DNA of 64,000 nucleotides from contig JAYQPI010000002.1 of NCBI GenBank assembly GCA_038145245.1, positions 10,385 to 74,384 on the forward strand, given 5' to 3'. The notes under the pieces were generated by a model. That model searched no databases. It was not told the DNA's origin and was given only the letters and a program-made list of their open reading frames with translations. Shown here piece after piece: positions 48,954 to 61,858 of this stretch. Within the stretch, counting starts at the first letter, position 1. Every line of letters starts with the position of its first letter. Made by a program: the position numbers and the translations under genes. The DNA comes from Candidatus Fonsibacter sp. GTDB lineage: Bacteria > Pseudomonadota > Alphaproteobacteria > Pelagibacterales > Pelagibacteraceae.

Positions 48954-50066
48954 ATGGACATTTTAAAATATAAAACAATTGTAATTAAAATAGGCTCTAG
49001 TCTAATTGTTGATGGAAAAAATAAAATTAAAAAGAATTGGTTCAATAAATTAATAGAAGATATTAATTTTTTAATCAAAAAAAATAAGCAAATTATTATT
49101 GTCTCTTCAGGTGCAATTGCACTTGGCTGTGATTTATTAAAAATAAACAAAAAAAATACAAAATTAAGCCAGTTCCAAGCAATAGCCGCTATTGGTCAAA
49201 TCGAATTAATTAATCTATTTAAAAAAGCATTTGAAAAGAAAAAAATCAATATTTCTCAAATACTACTAACTTTGGAAGACACGGAAGAAAGAAGAAGATC
49301 TTTAAATGCTAAAGAAACAATAAATAATTTACTTAAAATGTCTGTAATACCAATTGTGAATGAAAACGATACAGTTGCGACCTCAGAAATAAGATATGGT
49401 GATAATGATAGATTAGCAGCAAGAGTTGCTCAAATATGTAATGCTGATTGCTTAATTATGCTTTCAGACATAGATGGTCTTTATTCTTCTGATCCAAAGA
49501 AAAATGAGAATGCTAAAATCATTAAGAAAGTAAAAACTATTGATAAATCTATAGAAGAACTTGCTTCTGAGAGCATCAGCTCTTATGGAACTGGTGGAAT
49601 GATAACTAAAATTAAAGCTGCAAAAATTTGTATGCAATCTGGTTGTGATATGATTTTGACAAGCGGTAAAATTAATAATCCTATAAAGAATATTATTAAA
49701 GATAAGAATTATACTTTATTTGAATCTCAATCATCATCGTTGAATGCAAAGAAACAATGGATTCTAAATTCTATTGCAACTAAAGGTTCTATAATGATTG
49801 ATGAAGGTGCTGAAAAAGCATTAAAAAGTGGAAAAAGTCTTTTGCCAATTGGAGTAACTGCGGTTGAGGGAAATTTTAATCGCGGTGATGCTGTTTATAT
49901 TATAAATTCAAAAAATAAGCGTATAGCGACAGGGATTAGCGCCTACTCAAGCCTAGATGCTAAAAAAATTATTGGTTTTAAAACTGATAAAATTAAGGAA
50001 ATATTAGGATATGTTAGTCGAGGCGAAATGATTCATATTGATAATTTAGTTTATCAAGCAGAATAA
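48954..50066 (+). CDS. proB: Glutamate 5-kinase with PUA domain
   Basis: IKIGSS, VSSGA, NENDTV, GDND.LAA, GTGGM.TK. Confidence 0.95.
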   Translation: MDILKYKTIVIKIGSSLIVDGKNKIKKNWFNKLIEDINFLIKKNKQIIIVSSGAIALGCDLLKINKKNTKLSQFQAIAAIGQIELINLFKKAFEKKKINISQILLTLEDTEERRRSLNAKETINNLLKMSVIPIVNENDTVATSEIRYGDNDRLAARVAQICNADCLIMLSDIDGLYSSDPKKNENAKIIKKVKTIDKSIEELASESISSYGTGGMITKIKAAKICMQSGCDMILTSGKINNPIKNIIKDKNYTLFESQSSSLNAKKQWILNSIATKGSIMIDEGAEKALKSGKSLLPIGVTAVEGNFNRGDAVYIINSKNKRIATGISAYSSLDAKKIIGFKTDKIKEILGYVSRGEMIHIDNLVYQAE

Positions 50067-50070
50067 ATTT

Positions 50071-51333
50071 ATGAGTAACAATTATTTAGATAATATTGGT
50101 TCAAACGCGATAAATGCTTCAAAAGAATTATCGCTATTAAGTGAAAAAAGAAAAAATAAAGTTCTTACTGATTTTTATAAAAATCTAAAATTAAATAAAA
50201 AAAAAATCTTAAACGCAAATAAGATCGATGTTTTAAAGGCAAGTAAAAAAAATTTAAGTAAAAATTTAATTGATCGACTAATACTTAACGACAAAAAAAT
50301 TAATTATATAATAAAATCTGTTCAAGAAGTTATTAAACTTGGGGATCCAACACAAAAAATAATATCAAAATGGAAAAGACCTAATGGAATGATAATTAAT
50401 AAATATACAGTTCCAATCGGTGTCATTGGAGTTATATATGAATCTAGGCCTAACGTTACATCAGATGTTGCAACACTTTGTTTTAAATCCGGTAATGCAG
50501 TTATTTTGAGAGGTGGTAGCGAAGCTATTCATACAAATAAAGTTATTTCTGAATGTTTTAGAAGATCTTTAAAAAAGAATAATATTAATGAAGATTGCAT
50601 TCAATTAATTAATAATACAAATAGAAAGCTAGTTGATTACATGCTTTCAAAAATGGAGAGATTCATAGATGTGATTATTCCACGAGGAGGAAAAAACTTA
50701 GTCAAAAAAGTTCAAATGATGTCTAATGTTCCAACCATTGGTCATTTAGAAGGGTTGTGTCATGTCTACATTGATAAATATGCAGATTTAAACATGGCAA
50801 AAAGAATTACGCTCAATGCTAAAATGAGGAATACTAGCATATGCGGAGCTGCGGAAACTTTATTGATTGATAAAGCATGCATAAAAACTCACTTAAAACC
50901 AATATTACAGTTATTGAGTATTAGTGGGTGCAAAATTATTGGTGATAAAATTACCAAAAAGAATTATTCAAATTCTAATATCTCCTTAGCAACAGAACAA
51001 GATTGGAAAACAGAATATTTAGATTCCTCAATCTCAGTAAAAATTGTTAATGGGGTAAATGAGGCTATTGCCCATATTAATAAATATGGTACCCGACACA
51101 CTGATAGTATTGTTACTAATAATAAAAAGAATGCATCATTATTCTTATCTAAAGTTAATAGTGCAATCGTTTTACACAATGCTTCTACTCAATTTGCAGA
51201 TGGTAATGAATTTGGTTTTGGAGCTGAAGTTGGAATATCCACAAATAAATTACACCCTCGTGGACCAGTCGGACTTGAACAATTAGTAACCTATAAATAT
51301 CTAGTAAAAGGCAATGGACAAATTAGACCCTAA
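50071..51333 (+). CDS. proA: Glutamate-5-semialdehyde dehydrogenase
   Basis: IYESRPNVT, IPRGG, NASTQFADG.EFG.GAEVGIST.KLH.RGPVGL. Confidence 0.96.
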   Translation: MSNNYLDNIGSNAINASKELSLLSEKRKNKVLTDFYKNLKLNKKKILNANKIDVLKASKKNLSKNLIDRLILNDKKINYIIKSVQEVIKLGDPTQKIISKWKRPNGMIINKYTVPIGVIGVIYESRPNVTSDVATLCFKSGNAVILRGGSEAIHTNKVISECFRRSLKKNNINEDCIQLINNTNRKLVDYMLSKMERFIDVIIPRGGKNLVKKVQMMSNVPTIGHLEGLCHVYIDKYADLNMAKRITLNAKMRNTSICGAAETLLIDKACIKTHLKPILQLLSISGCKIIGDKITKKNYSNSNISLATEQDWKTEYLDSSISVKIVNGVNEAIAHINKYGTRHTDSIVTNNKKNASLFLSKVNSAIVLHNASTQFADGNEFGFGAEVGISTNKLHPRGPVGLEQLVTYKYLVKGNGQIRP

Positions 51334-51351
51334 TATTTTTATTAATTTATA

Positions 51352-51909
51352 ATGAAAATAGGTATCCTTGGTGGAACTTTTGACCCCCCTCATGTTGGGC
51401 ATTTAAATATATCTTTGGAAGCTATTAAACGATTCCAATTAAATAAAGTTATATGGCTTATCACAAAAAAGAATCCTTTAAAAAAAAATAGCACAGCAAA
51501 AGATATTTCTGACAGAATAAAATTGTGCAATTCATTTATTAAAAAAAATAAAAATATAATTAAAATTCAATATATCGAAGAGGAAACAGGATCGAATTTT
51601 TTATTTGATAACGTAAGTTACATAATTAATAAATCTATAGATCATAAATATTATTTTATTATGGGCGCTGATAGTTTTATTAAATTTAATCAATGGAAAA
51701 AATATAATGAAATTTTAAACAAGCTGTCCATCATTGTGATAAATAGACCAGAATTCTCAATAAAATCATTAAATTCCATTGCTGCTAAGAAGCTCGAAAA
51801 GTACAAATCTTTAGATTTAAAGGATAAACAACATAGATGGTATTTTTTAAGCACAAAAGGTATGAATATTTCATCATCAAAAATAAAAGAAATAATTAAT
51901 GCAAATTAA
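51352..51909 (+). CDS. nadD: Nicotinate-nucleotide adenylyltransferase
   Basis: GGTFDPPHVGH, MGADS, W, ISSSKI. Confidence 0.92.
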   Translation: MKIGILGGTFDPPHVGHLNISLEAIKRFQLNKVIWLITKKNPLKKNSTAKDISDRIKLCNSFIKKNKNIIKIQYIEEETGSNFLFDNVSYIINKSIDHKYYFIMGADSFIKFNQWKKYNEILNKLSIIVINRPEFSIKSLNSIAAKKLEKYKSLDLKDKQHRWYFLSTKGMNISSSKIKEIINAN

Positions 51910-52255
51910 AAAAAAAGAAGCGCTTCTAAAAGAAATAATTAAAATTCTTGATGATAATAAAGCAAAAGATATCGTAACAATTAATCTCGCAAATAAAAGT
52001 ACTATAGCGGACTATATGATTGTTGCTAGCGGTACGTCTTCTAGACATATTCAATCTGTTTCTGAAAATACTATTGAAGAATTAAAGAAAATGGGAGTTA
52101 AAGGTTGCAAGATAGAAGGTAGAGATAGTGACAACTGGAAACTTATTGATGCAATAGATGTTATAATCCACATTTTTCACCACGAACAAAGAAAAAATTA
52201 TGAATTAGAAAAAATGTGGGAAGATATTATTCCAAATCAGAAAATTTTTGTTTAA
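51899..52255 (+). CDS. rsfS: Ribosome silencing factor
   Basis: DDNKA.DI, ADYMIVASGTS.RH, W.LID..DVIIHIF, YELEKMW. Confidence 0.93.
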   Translation: MQIKKKEALLKEIIKILDDNKAKDIVTINLANKSTIADYMIVASGTSSRHIQSVSENTIEELKKMGVKGCKIEGRDSDNWKLIDAIDVIIHIFHHEQRKNYELEKMWEDIIPNQKIFV

Positions 52256-52698
52256 TGAAAATTAAGGTCCTTTGTTTAGGAAGATTAAACAAAGATGAAG
52301 AAAATGAGCTGTGTAAAAGATATGAAAATCGACTTAAAAGTCTAAAAAATAGCGGAATCACAAGTTTTGCAATTGAACATATTTCTAGAAAAGAACTTGA
52401 AAATATAATTAAAAATAAAAAAGAAAAAAAAATTATATTTCTTAGCGAAAATGGAAAAGATTTTAATACTGAAAACTTTTGTAAAAAACTAAAAAAATTA
52501 ATCAATTCATCTGTTAAAGAAACATTATTTATTATAGGAGAGCCTGAAGGTTTCAAAGAAAATCTAAATAAAGAAAGTTTTGAAGAAATATGCTTAAGTA
52601 AACTTACTTTTACTCACTCTTTAACTAGAGTAATACTAACTGAACAAATTTACAGATGTGCCACAATTATGATAAATCATCCATATCATAGAGTTTAA
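52255..52698 (+). CDS. rlmH: 23S rRNA m3Psi1915 methyltransferase
   Basis: FIIG.PEG, LSKLTF.H...RVIL.EQIYR...HPYH; ATG 52255 overlaps the rsfS stop. Confidence 0.88.
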   Translation: MKIKVLCLGRLNKDEENELCKRYENRLKSLKNSGITSFAIEHISRKELENIIKNKKEKKIIFLSENGKDFNTENFCKKLKKLINSSVKETLFIIGEPEGFKENLNKESFEEICLSKLTFTHSLTRVILTEQIYRCATIMINHPYHRV

Positions 52699-52700
52699 TA

Positions 52701-53846
52701 ATGAAAAAAATTTATTTAATACTTACATTTTTATTCTTAAATTTATTATCGCTAAGTGCTTTTTCACAAAAAAAAGACGCTCTTTACGAAAAATTAGATC
52801 TGTTCAGTGATATTCTTGAAACAATAAATAAAGAATATTTTAAACAAATAAATGAAGGTGATGTAATTGATGGAGCAATTAATGGAATGCTTCAATCTTT
52901 AGATCCTTACTCTTCTTATATGAGTCCTAAAACATTCAAGAACATGAATACAGAAACTAAGGGTGAGTTTGGTGGTCTTGGTATTGAAGTTACTATGGAA
53001 GCTGGTCTTGTAAAAGTAATATCTCCAATTGATGATACGCCGGCTGACAGAGCTGGAATAAGGTCGGGAGATTATATTATTAAATTAGATAACAAACAGG
53101 TTAAAGGATTAACTTTAGATGAAGCTGTAAACACAATGAGAGGTAAGAGCGGAACTCCAATTACTCTAACTATTAGAAGAATCGACGTTGATGATCCAAT
53201 TATTGTAAAAATAATTAGAGAAACAATAAAAACTAGATCTGTAGTTTCTGAAGTAAAAGAAAACGTAGGTTATTTAAGATTGAGATCTTTTAATGAAAAA
53301 AGTGGTGATGAATTAATAAATAAAATTAAAGAAATAAACAAAAGTAAACCAAACATAACTGGCTACATTTTGGACTTAAGAAACAATCCTGGTGGACTTT
53401 TATCACAAGCAATTAAAATATCAGACGCATTTTTAGACAGTGGAGAAATTGTGTCTACAAAGGGAAGAGATCTTAAAGATATAAAAGTTTATAATTCTAA
53501 AAAGGGTGATGAAATTAGTGGAAAACCACTTATTGTTCTTATTAATAAGGGATCTGCATCTGCATCTGAAATAGTAGCCGGAGCTCTAAAAGATCATAAA
53601 CGAGCAATTGTTCTTGGCGAAAAATCTTTTGGTAAAGGATCAGTTCAATCTATTATGCCTTTATCAAATGGCGGTGGATTAAGATTAACAACTGCTAAAT
53701 ATTATCTACCAAGTGGAGAAACAATTGAAGATATTGGAGTACAACCTGATATCAAAGTAGAGCAACAAAAAGATAATTTTAAAATAAACGACCCTGTAAA
53801 TGACAATCAACTAATATATGCCCTTAAGCTTCTAAAAGTGTCATGA
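52701..53846 (+). CDS. ctpA: S41 carboxyl-terminal protease
   Basis: LDPYS, GEFGGLGIEV PDZ, DLRNNPGG, SASASEIVAGAL, FGKGSVQ. Confidence 0.93.
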   Translation: MKKIYLILTFLFLNLLSLSAFSQKKDALYEKLDLFSDILETINKEYFKQINEGDVIDGAINGMLQSLDPYSSYMSPKTFKNMNTETKGEFGGLGIEVTMEAGLVKVISPIDDTPADRAGIRSGDYIIKLDNKQVKGLTLDEAVNTMRGKSGTPITLTIRRIDVDDPIIVKIIRETIKTRSVVSEVKENVGYLRLRSFNEKSGDELINKIKEINKSKPNITGYILDLRNNPGGLLSQAIKISDAFLDSGEIVSTKGRDLKDIKVYNSKKGDEISGKPLIVLINKGSASASEIVAGALKDHKRAIVLGEKSFGKGSVQSIMPLSNGGGLRLTTAKYYLPSGETIEDIGVQPDIKVEQQKDNFKINDPVNDNQLIYALKLLKVS

Positions 53847-54310
53847 AGAACTTAAGCAATCTTCCTTACAGAAAAGGCGTTGGAATAATGCTTCTTAATA
53901 AAGAAACTGAAGTTTTTATCGGGAAAAGAATTGATAATACTAAAGCATGGCAAATGCCCCAGGGTGGTGTTGATAATGAAGAAGACGTTGAAAGCGCTGC
54001 TAAAAGAGAACTTAAAGAAGAAACGGGAATTACATCAATTGAAATCATAAAAAAATCAGAAAAAGAATTTATTTATGATCTACCAAATGAACTGCTTGGA
54101 AAAATTTGGGATGGAAAATACAAAGGGCAAAAACAAACATGGTTTCTTGCAAGATTTTTAGGAACAACAAGTGAAATAAATATCAAACAAAGAAAGGCAG
54201 AATTTTATGATTGGCGCTGGGCCAAACCTTCAGAATTACCTGGGTTAATTGTTCCTTTTAAAAAAAGACTTTATCAAGAAATTTTAGAAGAATTTAAAAA
54301 TTTTCTTTAA
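53843..54310 (+). CDS. rppH: RNA pyrophosphohydrolase
   Basis: WQMPQGG..., Nudix box RELKEETG, GQKQ.WF, VPFKK. Confidence 0.92.
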   Translation: MKNLSNLPYRKGVGIMLLNKETEVFIGKRIDNTKAWQMPQGGVDNEEDVESAAKRELKEETGITSIEIIKKSEKEFIYDLPNELLGKIWDGKYKGQKQTWFLARFLGTTSEINIKQRKAEFYDWRWAKPSELPGLIVPFKKRLYQEILEEFKNFL

Positions 54311-54699
54311 GATTTTAAATTATTAATTTGATCAATAATTTGATTATTTAGATAAATCTCTTCATCAGAAATTTCTTTATTACTTAATTTCTTTTCAGCG
54401 TTTTGTTTTAATTTTGCCAATTCTTCGCTTTGAAACTCAGAACTATTAAAAAAATTATCTAATAGAATGCTTAATTTATTATTAGAAAATTCTACTGTGC
54501 CACCTGTAGAAAAAAATGTATCTGCATTAGTTCCAGCTTTTGCAATGATTTTTCCAGCTTTTAAGAAAGTAATTAAAGAAATATGATCTTTAAATATTTC
54601 CATCTCTCCTTCTATGCCAGAGACAACAACACTATCAACTGGTTTAGAATAAGCTACTTGATTTGGAGTTACGATTTCTAAATGAATATTATCTGCCAT
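54307..54699 (-). CDS. atpC: ATP synthase epsilon subunit
   Basis: LEIVTP, G.EGE...H; follows atpD. Confidence 0.9.
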   Translation of the reverse strand: MADNIHLEIVTPNQVAYSKPVDSVVVSGIEGEMEIFKDHISLITFLKAGKIIAKAGTNADTFFSTGGTVEFSNNKLSILLDNFFNSSEFQSEELAKLKQNAEKKLSNKEISDEEIYLNNQIIDQINNLKS

Positions 54700-54704
54700 T
54701 TAAA

Positions 54705-57020
<2,316 letters not shown>

Positions 57021-57021
<1 letters not shown>

Positions 57022-58556
57022 TAACTTTTAAAACCTTTCTTAAATTCACCAATAAATGTTTTTAACTTTTCTTCATTAGCCTCATCAATTTTTCCTGAAG
57101 ATTTAATACTATTTAAAATATCAGGCGCTTCAGATTTAATTTTTGATAAAAGTTTTTTCTCAAATGATTTGATTTGGTTAAGTTCAATATCATCTAAAAA
57201 ACCTTTAACTCCTGAGAAGATTGAAACAACTTGTTCCTCTACTTTTAAAGGAGAATATTGATCTTGTTTTAATAGTTCAGTTAATTTTGATCCACGATTT
57301 AATAATTTTTGCGTAGCAAGGTCTAAATCTGATCCAAACTGTGCAAAAGCAGCCATTTCTCGGTACTGAGCAAGTTCAAGTTTGATTGAACCTGAAACTT
57401 GTTTCATTGCTTTAATTTGAGCTGAAGATCCAACCCTAGAAACTGATATACCGACGTTAACAGCGGGTCTCACTCCTTTATAAAAGAGTTCAGTTTCTAA
57501 GAATATTTGTCCATCTGTAATAGAAATAACGTTAGTTGGAATGTACGCAGAAACGTCGCTGGCTTGTGTTTCAATAATTGGTAAGGCAGTGAGAGATCCT
57601 CCACCATATTTATCATTCAATTTTGCTGCTCTTTCAAGCAATCTACTGTGAAGGTAAAATACGTCCCCTGGAAAGGCTTCTCGTCCTGGAGGTCTACGTA
57701 AAAGCAATGACATTTGTCTATAAGCGACAGCTTGCTTAGATAAATCATCATAAACAATAAGAGCATGCATTCCATTATCTCTGAAATATTCTCCCATTGT
57801 ACATCCTGTATATGGAGCTAAAAATTGTAGTGGCGCTGGATCAGATGCTGTCGCAGCAACAACAATTGTATATTCCATTGCTCCAGCTTCTTCTAACGTT
57901 TTTACGATTTGAGCAACACTCGATCTTTTTTGTCCAATAGCAACATAAATACAATAAAGTTTTTTACTCTCATCATTGGATTTATTAATCTCTTTTTGGT
58001 TAATAATTGTATCAATAGCAATTGCTGTTTTGCCAGTTTGTCTGTCACCAATAATTAATTCTCTTTGTCCTCTTCCGACAGGAATTAAGCTATCAATAGC
58101 TTTTAGTCCTGTTTGCATTGGCTCATTCACTGATTTTCTTGGAATAATTCCTGGGGCTTTAATCTCAACTCTTTTTCTTTCTGCATTCTTATCAATTGGA
58201 CCTTTTCCATCTATTGGATTGCCTAATCCATCAACCACTCTACCTAACAAAGATTTTCCTACTGCTATGTCAACAATTGACCCTGTTCTTTTTACTATGT
58301 CGCCTTCTTTAATTTTTGAGTCATCACCAAAAATAACGACTCCAACATTTTCAGTTTCAAGGTTTAATGCCATGCCTTTTGTGCCTTCAGAGAACTGAAC
58401 CATTTCGCCAGCTTGCACATTATCTAATCCATAAACTCTGGCTATACCATCTCCTACTGTCAAAACTTGACCAACTTCTGAAACCTCAACTTCAGTTCCA
58501 AAGTTTTTTATTTGGTCTTTAAGAATATTAGTAATTTCAGAAGGATTAATTTTCAT
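57021..58556 (-). CDS. atpA: ATP synthase alpha subunit
   Basis: [38 protein letters not shown]. Confidence 0.98.
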
Positions 58557-58558
58557 TT

Positions 58559-59089
58559 TTATTTATTTAGTAAACTATTTAATCTTGTTTTAGCTGAAGT
58601 ATCAATCATTGTACTTCCAATTTGAAGAATTGAACCGACCATTAAAGAAGGATCTACTGAAAAAGAAATATTAATTTTCTTTTTTAAAATATCATCTAAT
58701 TTTTTTACTATATCAGCTTTTTCATTGTCAGAAATTGAGTGGGATAATTTAATTGTCGCTAAAATCTCTCCTCTTTCATTTGATAATAAATCAAAAAAAT
58801 TATTAACTATTTTTTCTAAAAAGAAAAATCTTCTATTTTTATTTAAAACTTTTAAAAATCTTGAAAATAAATCTGAAAAAGAAAAACTCTTAGTTAAAGC
58901 ATCAATAACATTATTAATAACTGAGTATTTATGTGTAGGATTTTTTATAAAATTTTTTAGATCTGAACTTTGGTTTAATATCTCTTTTAATTTTAAAAAA
59001 TCTTTTTCTAGCGCATCTAAATTTTTAGCTTCGTGAGCTATTCTATATACTGCTTTAGCATATCTTTGGGTTTCGCTAAAAGTTTTCAT
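58559..59089 (-). CDS. atpH: ATP synthase delta subunit
   Basis: RYAKA, VDPSL.....IGS.MID.S; first gene of the F1 operon. Confidence 0.88.
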   Translation of the reverse strand: MKTFSETQRYAKAVYRIAHEAKNLDALEKDFLKLKEILNQSSDLKNFIKNPTHKYSVINNVIDALTKSFSFSDLFSRFLKVLNKNRRFFFLEKIVNNFFDLLSNERGEILATIKLSHSISDNEKADIVKKLDDILKKKINISFSVDPSLMVGSILQIGSTMIDTSAKTRLNSLLNK

Positions 59090-59176
59090 AGATTTTTACT
59101 GTTAACTTAAAAGAAAAAAGGTCTCGTAACATGCAAAATTAGACTAATCAAGTGTGATATTTTGTACTTTTTTAGA

Positions 59177-61147
59177 TTATTTAAAATTTATTGGATCAAC
59201 ATCTAAAGTTAGTGAAATATTTTTTTTAATTTTAATAGTTTTTAACCAATTTTTTAAAATTTTTTGTGGAAATGCATCTTGAGGATATTTTAATAATAAC
59301 CTGGACCTATATTTTCCCTTTATAAGCGAAATAGAGGCGCTCACAGGACCTAACAGTAAAGTATCTTTCATTTTTGGAATTTTATTTTTTAAAACTCTTG
59401 CGCACTCGTCTACATCAAATCTATTTTTTCCTGAAACAATAAAAGCAATAAGTTTAGTGAATGGGGGCAGATTATATCTCTCTCTAGAACTAATTTCATT
59501 TTCATAAAAAGCTAAAATATTCTGATCACATATTGATTTTAATGTTTGGTTTTCTGGTTCAAAAGTTTGTAAATATACCGTTGAATTTTTAACCTCTCTT
59601 CCTGCTCTACCACTGAGCTGATTCATTAATTGATATGTCTTTTCTGAACTGCGAATATCATTTCCTAAAAAGTTTACATCTGAATTAACAACAACAATGC
59701 AATTTAATTTTGGAAAATGAAAACCCTTAGAGATTAACTGCGTTCCTACGATTATATTAATTTTTCCATCTTGAATATTCCGAAAAATCTTTTTTGTATT
59801 ATCATCATTATGAATAAAATCACTTGAAAATAACTCAATTCTTTTATCAGGAAAAATTTCTTTAACTTCTTCAAATATTTTCTCAACGCCTAAACCATAG
59901 AAAGAAAATTTACAGTTATTTCCATCTTTACAATTTCTATCAAGTGAAGCCTCATAATTACAATAGTGACAAATTAATTTATTATTTTCCTTATGATAAA
60001 TTAATGAAACAGAACAATTGGGACAATTAAAACGATATCCACATTTTGAACATATGACAAATGTTGAGTATCCTCTTCTATTTAAAAAAAATAATATCTG
60101 GTTTCCTTTTTCTAAAATCTTTTTAAGTTCTGGAACAATAGAAGGTGAGATAAATTTAGATTTAACAGAAGGATTTTTTTTTAAATCGACAAATTTTACC
60201 TCTGGCAATTGTGCGTCGCCATATCTTTTATCTAAATTAATATAAGAAAATTTTTTATTGATAGTATTATAGTAAGTTTCAAGAGATGGTGTTGCCGAAA
60301 CCAAAATAACTGATATTTTTTTTATAGAGGCCATTAATACAGCCATATCTCTAGCATTATAAATTACTTGATCTTCTTGTTTGTAAGACTGATCATGTTC
60401 CTCATCTATAATAATCAAGCCCAGCTTCTTAAAAGGTAAAAACAGAGATGATCTTGCTCCTAAAACTAAATTAATTTTATGGCTTGCGATTCCATTCCAA
60501 ATTAATCTTTTATTTTTTTCTGAAATATCGGAATGCCATAAAGCAGGGTAGTTTCCAAAATACTCTTTAAATCTTTCTTTAATTTGATTTGTTAATGCTA
60601 TTTCTGGAAGCAAAACTAAAACCTGATATCCTTTTTCTAAAAAATCTTGAATTTTTTTAAAATATATTAATGTTTTTCCTGAACCTGTAATTCCATGCAA
60701 TAATACAGTTGAAAATCTATCAAAAAATATTTTTTCATCTAAAATTTTAATAGCTTTTTTTTGACTCTCATCAAAATTAATATTTTTTTTTAATGAGTGC
60801 TTTTCAGAAAAATCTTCTGATTTTTTCTTTTTTGATATTTCTTTAAAAGCTTTTTTAAAAATAAATAATTTTAAAACAATTCCTAAATCAACTAAGTTAT
60901 ATCGAGAAAATTTTTCTAAAAAAGTTAAAGTATCTTTGGATAAAGAAACAAAGCTAAATTTCTTTTTGATATCTCTAATCTTAATAGATTTCTTAATGGA
61001 ACTAGTTTTTTCCCAAACAACCCCAATAATATCTTTATTCTGAAAAGGAACCAAAACAAAGTCCCCAACCTTTACATTAATATCTTTTGGAACGTTATAT
61101 GTAAAAGGATGATCAAATTTTAATGGCAGTAATACATCAAAGGTCAT
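59177..61147 (-). CDS. priA: Primosomal protein N'
   Basis: GITGSGKT, LPEIALT, DEEHD.SYKQ, SATPS, Cys-rich region, Q.SGRAGR. Confidence 0.95.
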   Translation of the reverse strand: MTFDVLLPLKFDHPFTYNVPKDINVKVGDFVLVPFQNKDIIGVVWEKTSSIKKSIKIRDIKKKFSFVSLSKDTLTFLEKFSRYNLVDLGIVLKLFIFKKAFKEISKKKKSEDFSEKHSLKKNINFDESQKKAIKILDEKIFFDRFSTVLLHGITGSGKTLIYFKKIQDFLEKGYQVLVLLPEIALTNQIKERFKEYFGNYPALWHSDISEKNKRLIWNGIASHKINLVLGARSSLFLPFKKLGLIIIDEEHDQSYKQEDQVIYNARDMAVLMASIKKISVILVSATPSLETYYNTINKKFSYINLDKRYGDAQLPEVKFVDLKKNPSVKSKFISPSIVPELKKILEKGNQILFFLNRRGYSTFVICSKCGYRFNCPNCSVSLIYHKENNKLICHYCNYEASLDRNCKDGNNCKFSFYGLGVEKIFEEVKEIFPDKRIELFSSDFIHNDDNTKKIFRNIQDGKINIIVGTQLISKGFHFPKLNCIVVVNSDVNFLGNDIRSSEKTYQLMNQLSGRAGREVKNSTVYLQTFEPENQTLKSICDQNILAFYENEISSRERYNLPPFTKLIAFIVSGKNRFDVDECARVLKNKIPKMKDTLLLGPVSASISLIKGKYRSRLLLKYPQDAFPQKILKNWLKTIKIKKNISLTLDVDPINFK

Positions 61148-61202
61148 TAAAAAAATTTTATTAACTGTTTATTTCTTACTATAAATTTTATAATCTAAAT
61201 CC

Positions 61203-61856
61203 ATGGAAATTTTTCTAGACTCATCAGATATTAAAGAAATTAGAGGATTAAACAAAGCTAATTTAGTAGATGGCATAACAACAAACCCCTCTCTTCTTGC
61301 AAGTGCAAATACTGATTTTAAAATTTTATTAAAAGAAATCTGTAGCGAGGTAAAAGGGCCAGTAAGTGCTGAGGTAACATCTCCTGATGTTCCTACTATG
61401 TTAAAAGAAGCAGAAGTTTTAAGAAAAATTGCAAAAAATATTGTAATTAAAGTTCCATTAACTTGGAATGGTTTACAAGCTTGCAGCATACTTTCTGCGA
61501 AAAAAATTAAAGTAAATGTTACTTTATGTTTTTCTACATCTCAGGCACTACTAGCTGCAAAAGCTGGCGCAACTTATATTTCGCCTTTTATTGGTAGATT
61601 AGATGATATTGGCGAAAATGGTATCCAACTTATAGAAGATATTAAAAAAATTTTTAACAATTATAAAAATATAAAAACAAAAATATTATCAGCATCTATT
61701 AGATCTGTTGAACATTTTAACGCAGTAGCAGCTATTGGTTCTGATGTTGCAACGGTTCCTGTTAAAATCTTTAAAGAACTTCACAAACATCACCTTACAG
61801 ACAAAGGTATTGATATTTTTACAGCTGATTGGAAAAAATCAGGAATGAAAATTTAA
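61203..61856 (+). CDS. tal: Transaldolase (TalC/Fsa-like family)
   Basis: DGITTNPSL, IKVP, NVTLCFS, SPFIGR (Phe at this position favours transaldolase over Fsa). Confidence 0.88.
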   Translation: MEIFLDSSDIKEIRGLNKANLVDGITTNPSLLASANTDFKILLKEICSEVKGPVSAEVTSPDVPTMLKEAEVLRKIAKNIVIKVPLTWNGLQACSILSAKKIKVNVTLCFSTSQALLAAKAGATYISPFIGRLDDIGENGIQLIEDIKKIFNNYKNIKTKILSASIRSVEHFNAVAAIGSDVATVPVKIFKELHKHHLTDKGIDIFTADWKKSGMKI

Positions 61857-61858
61857 TT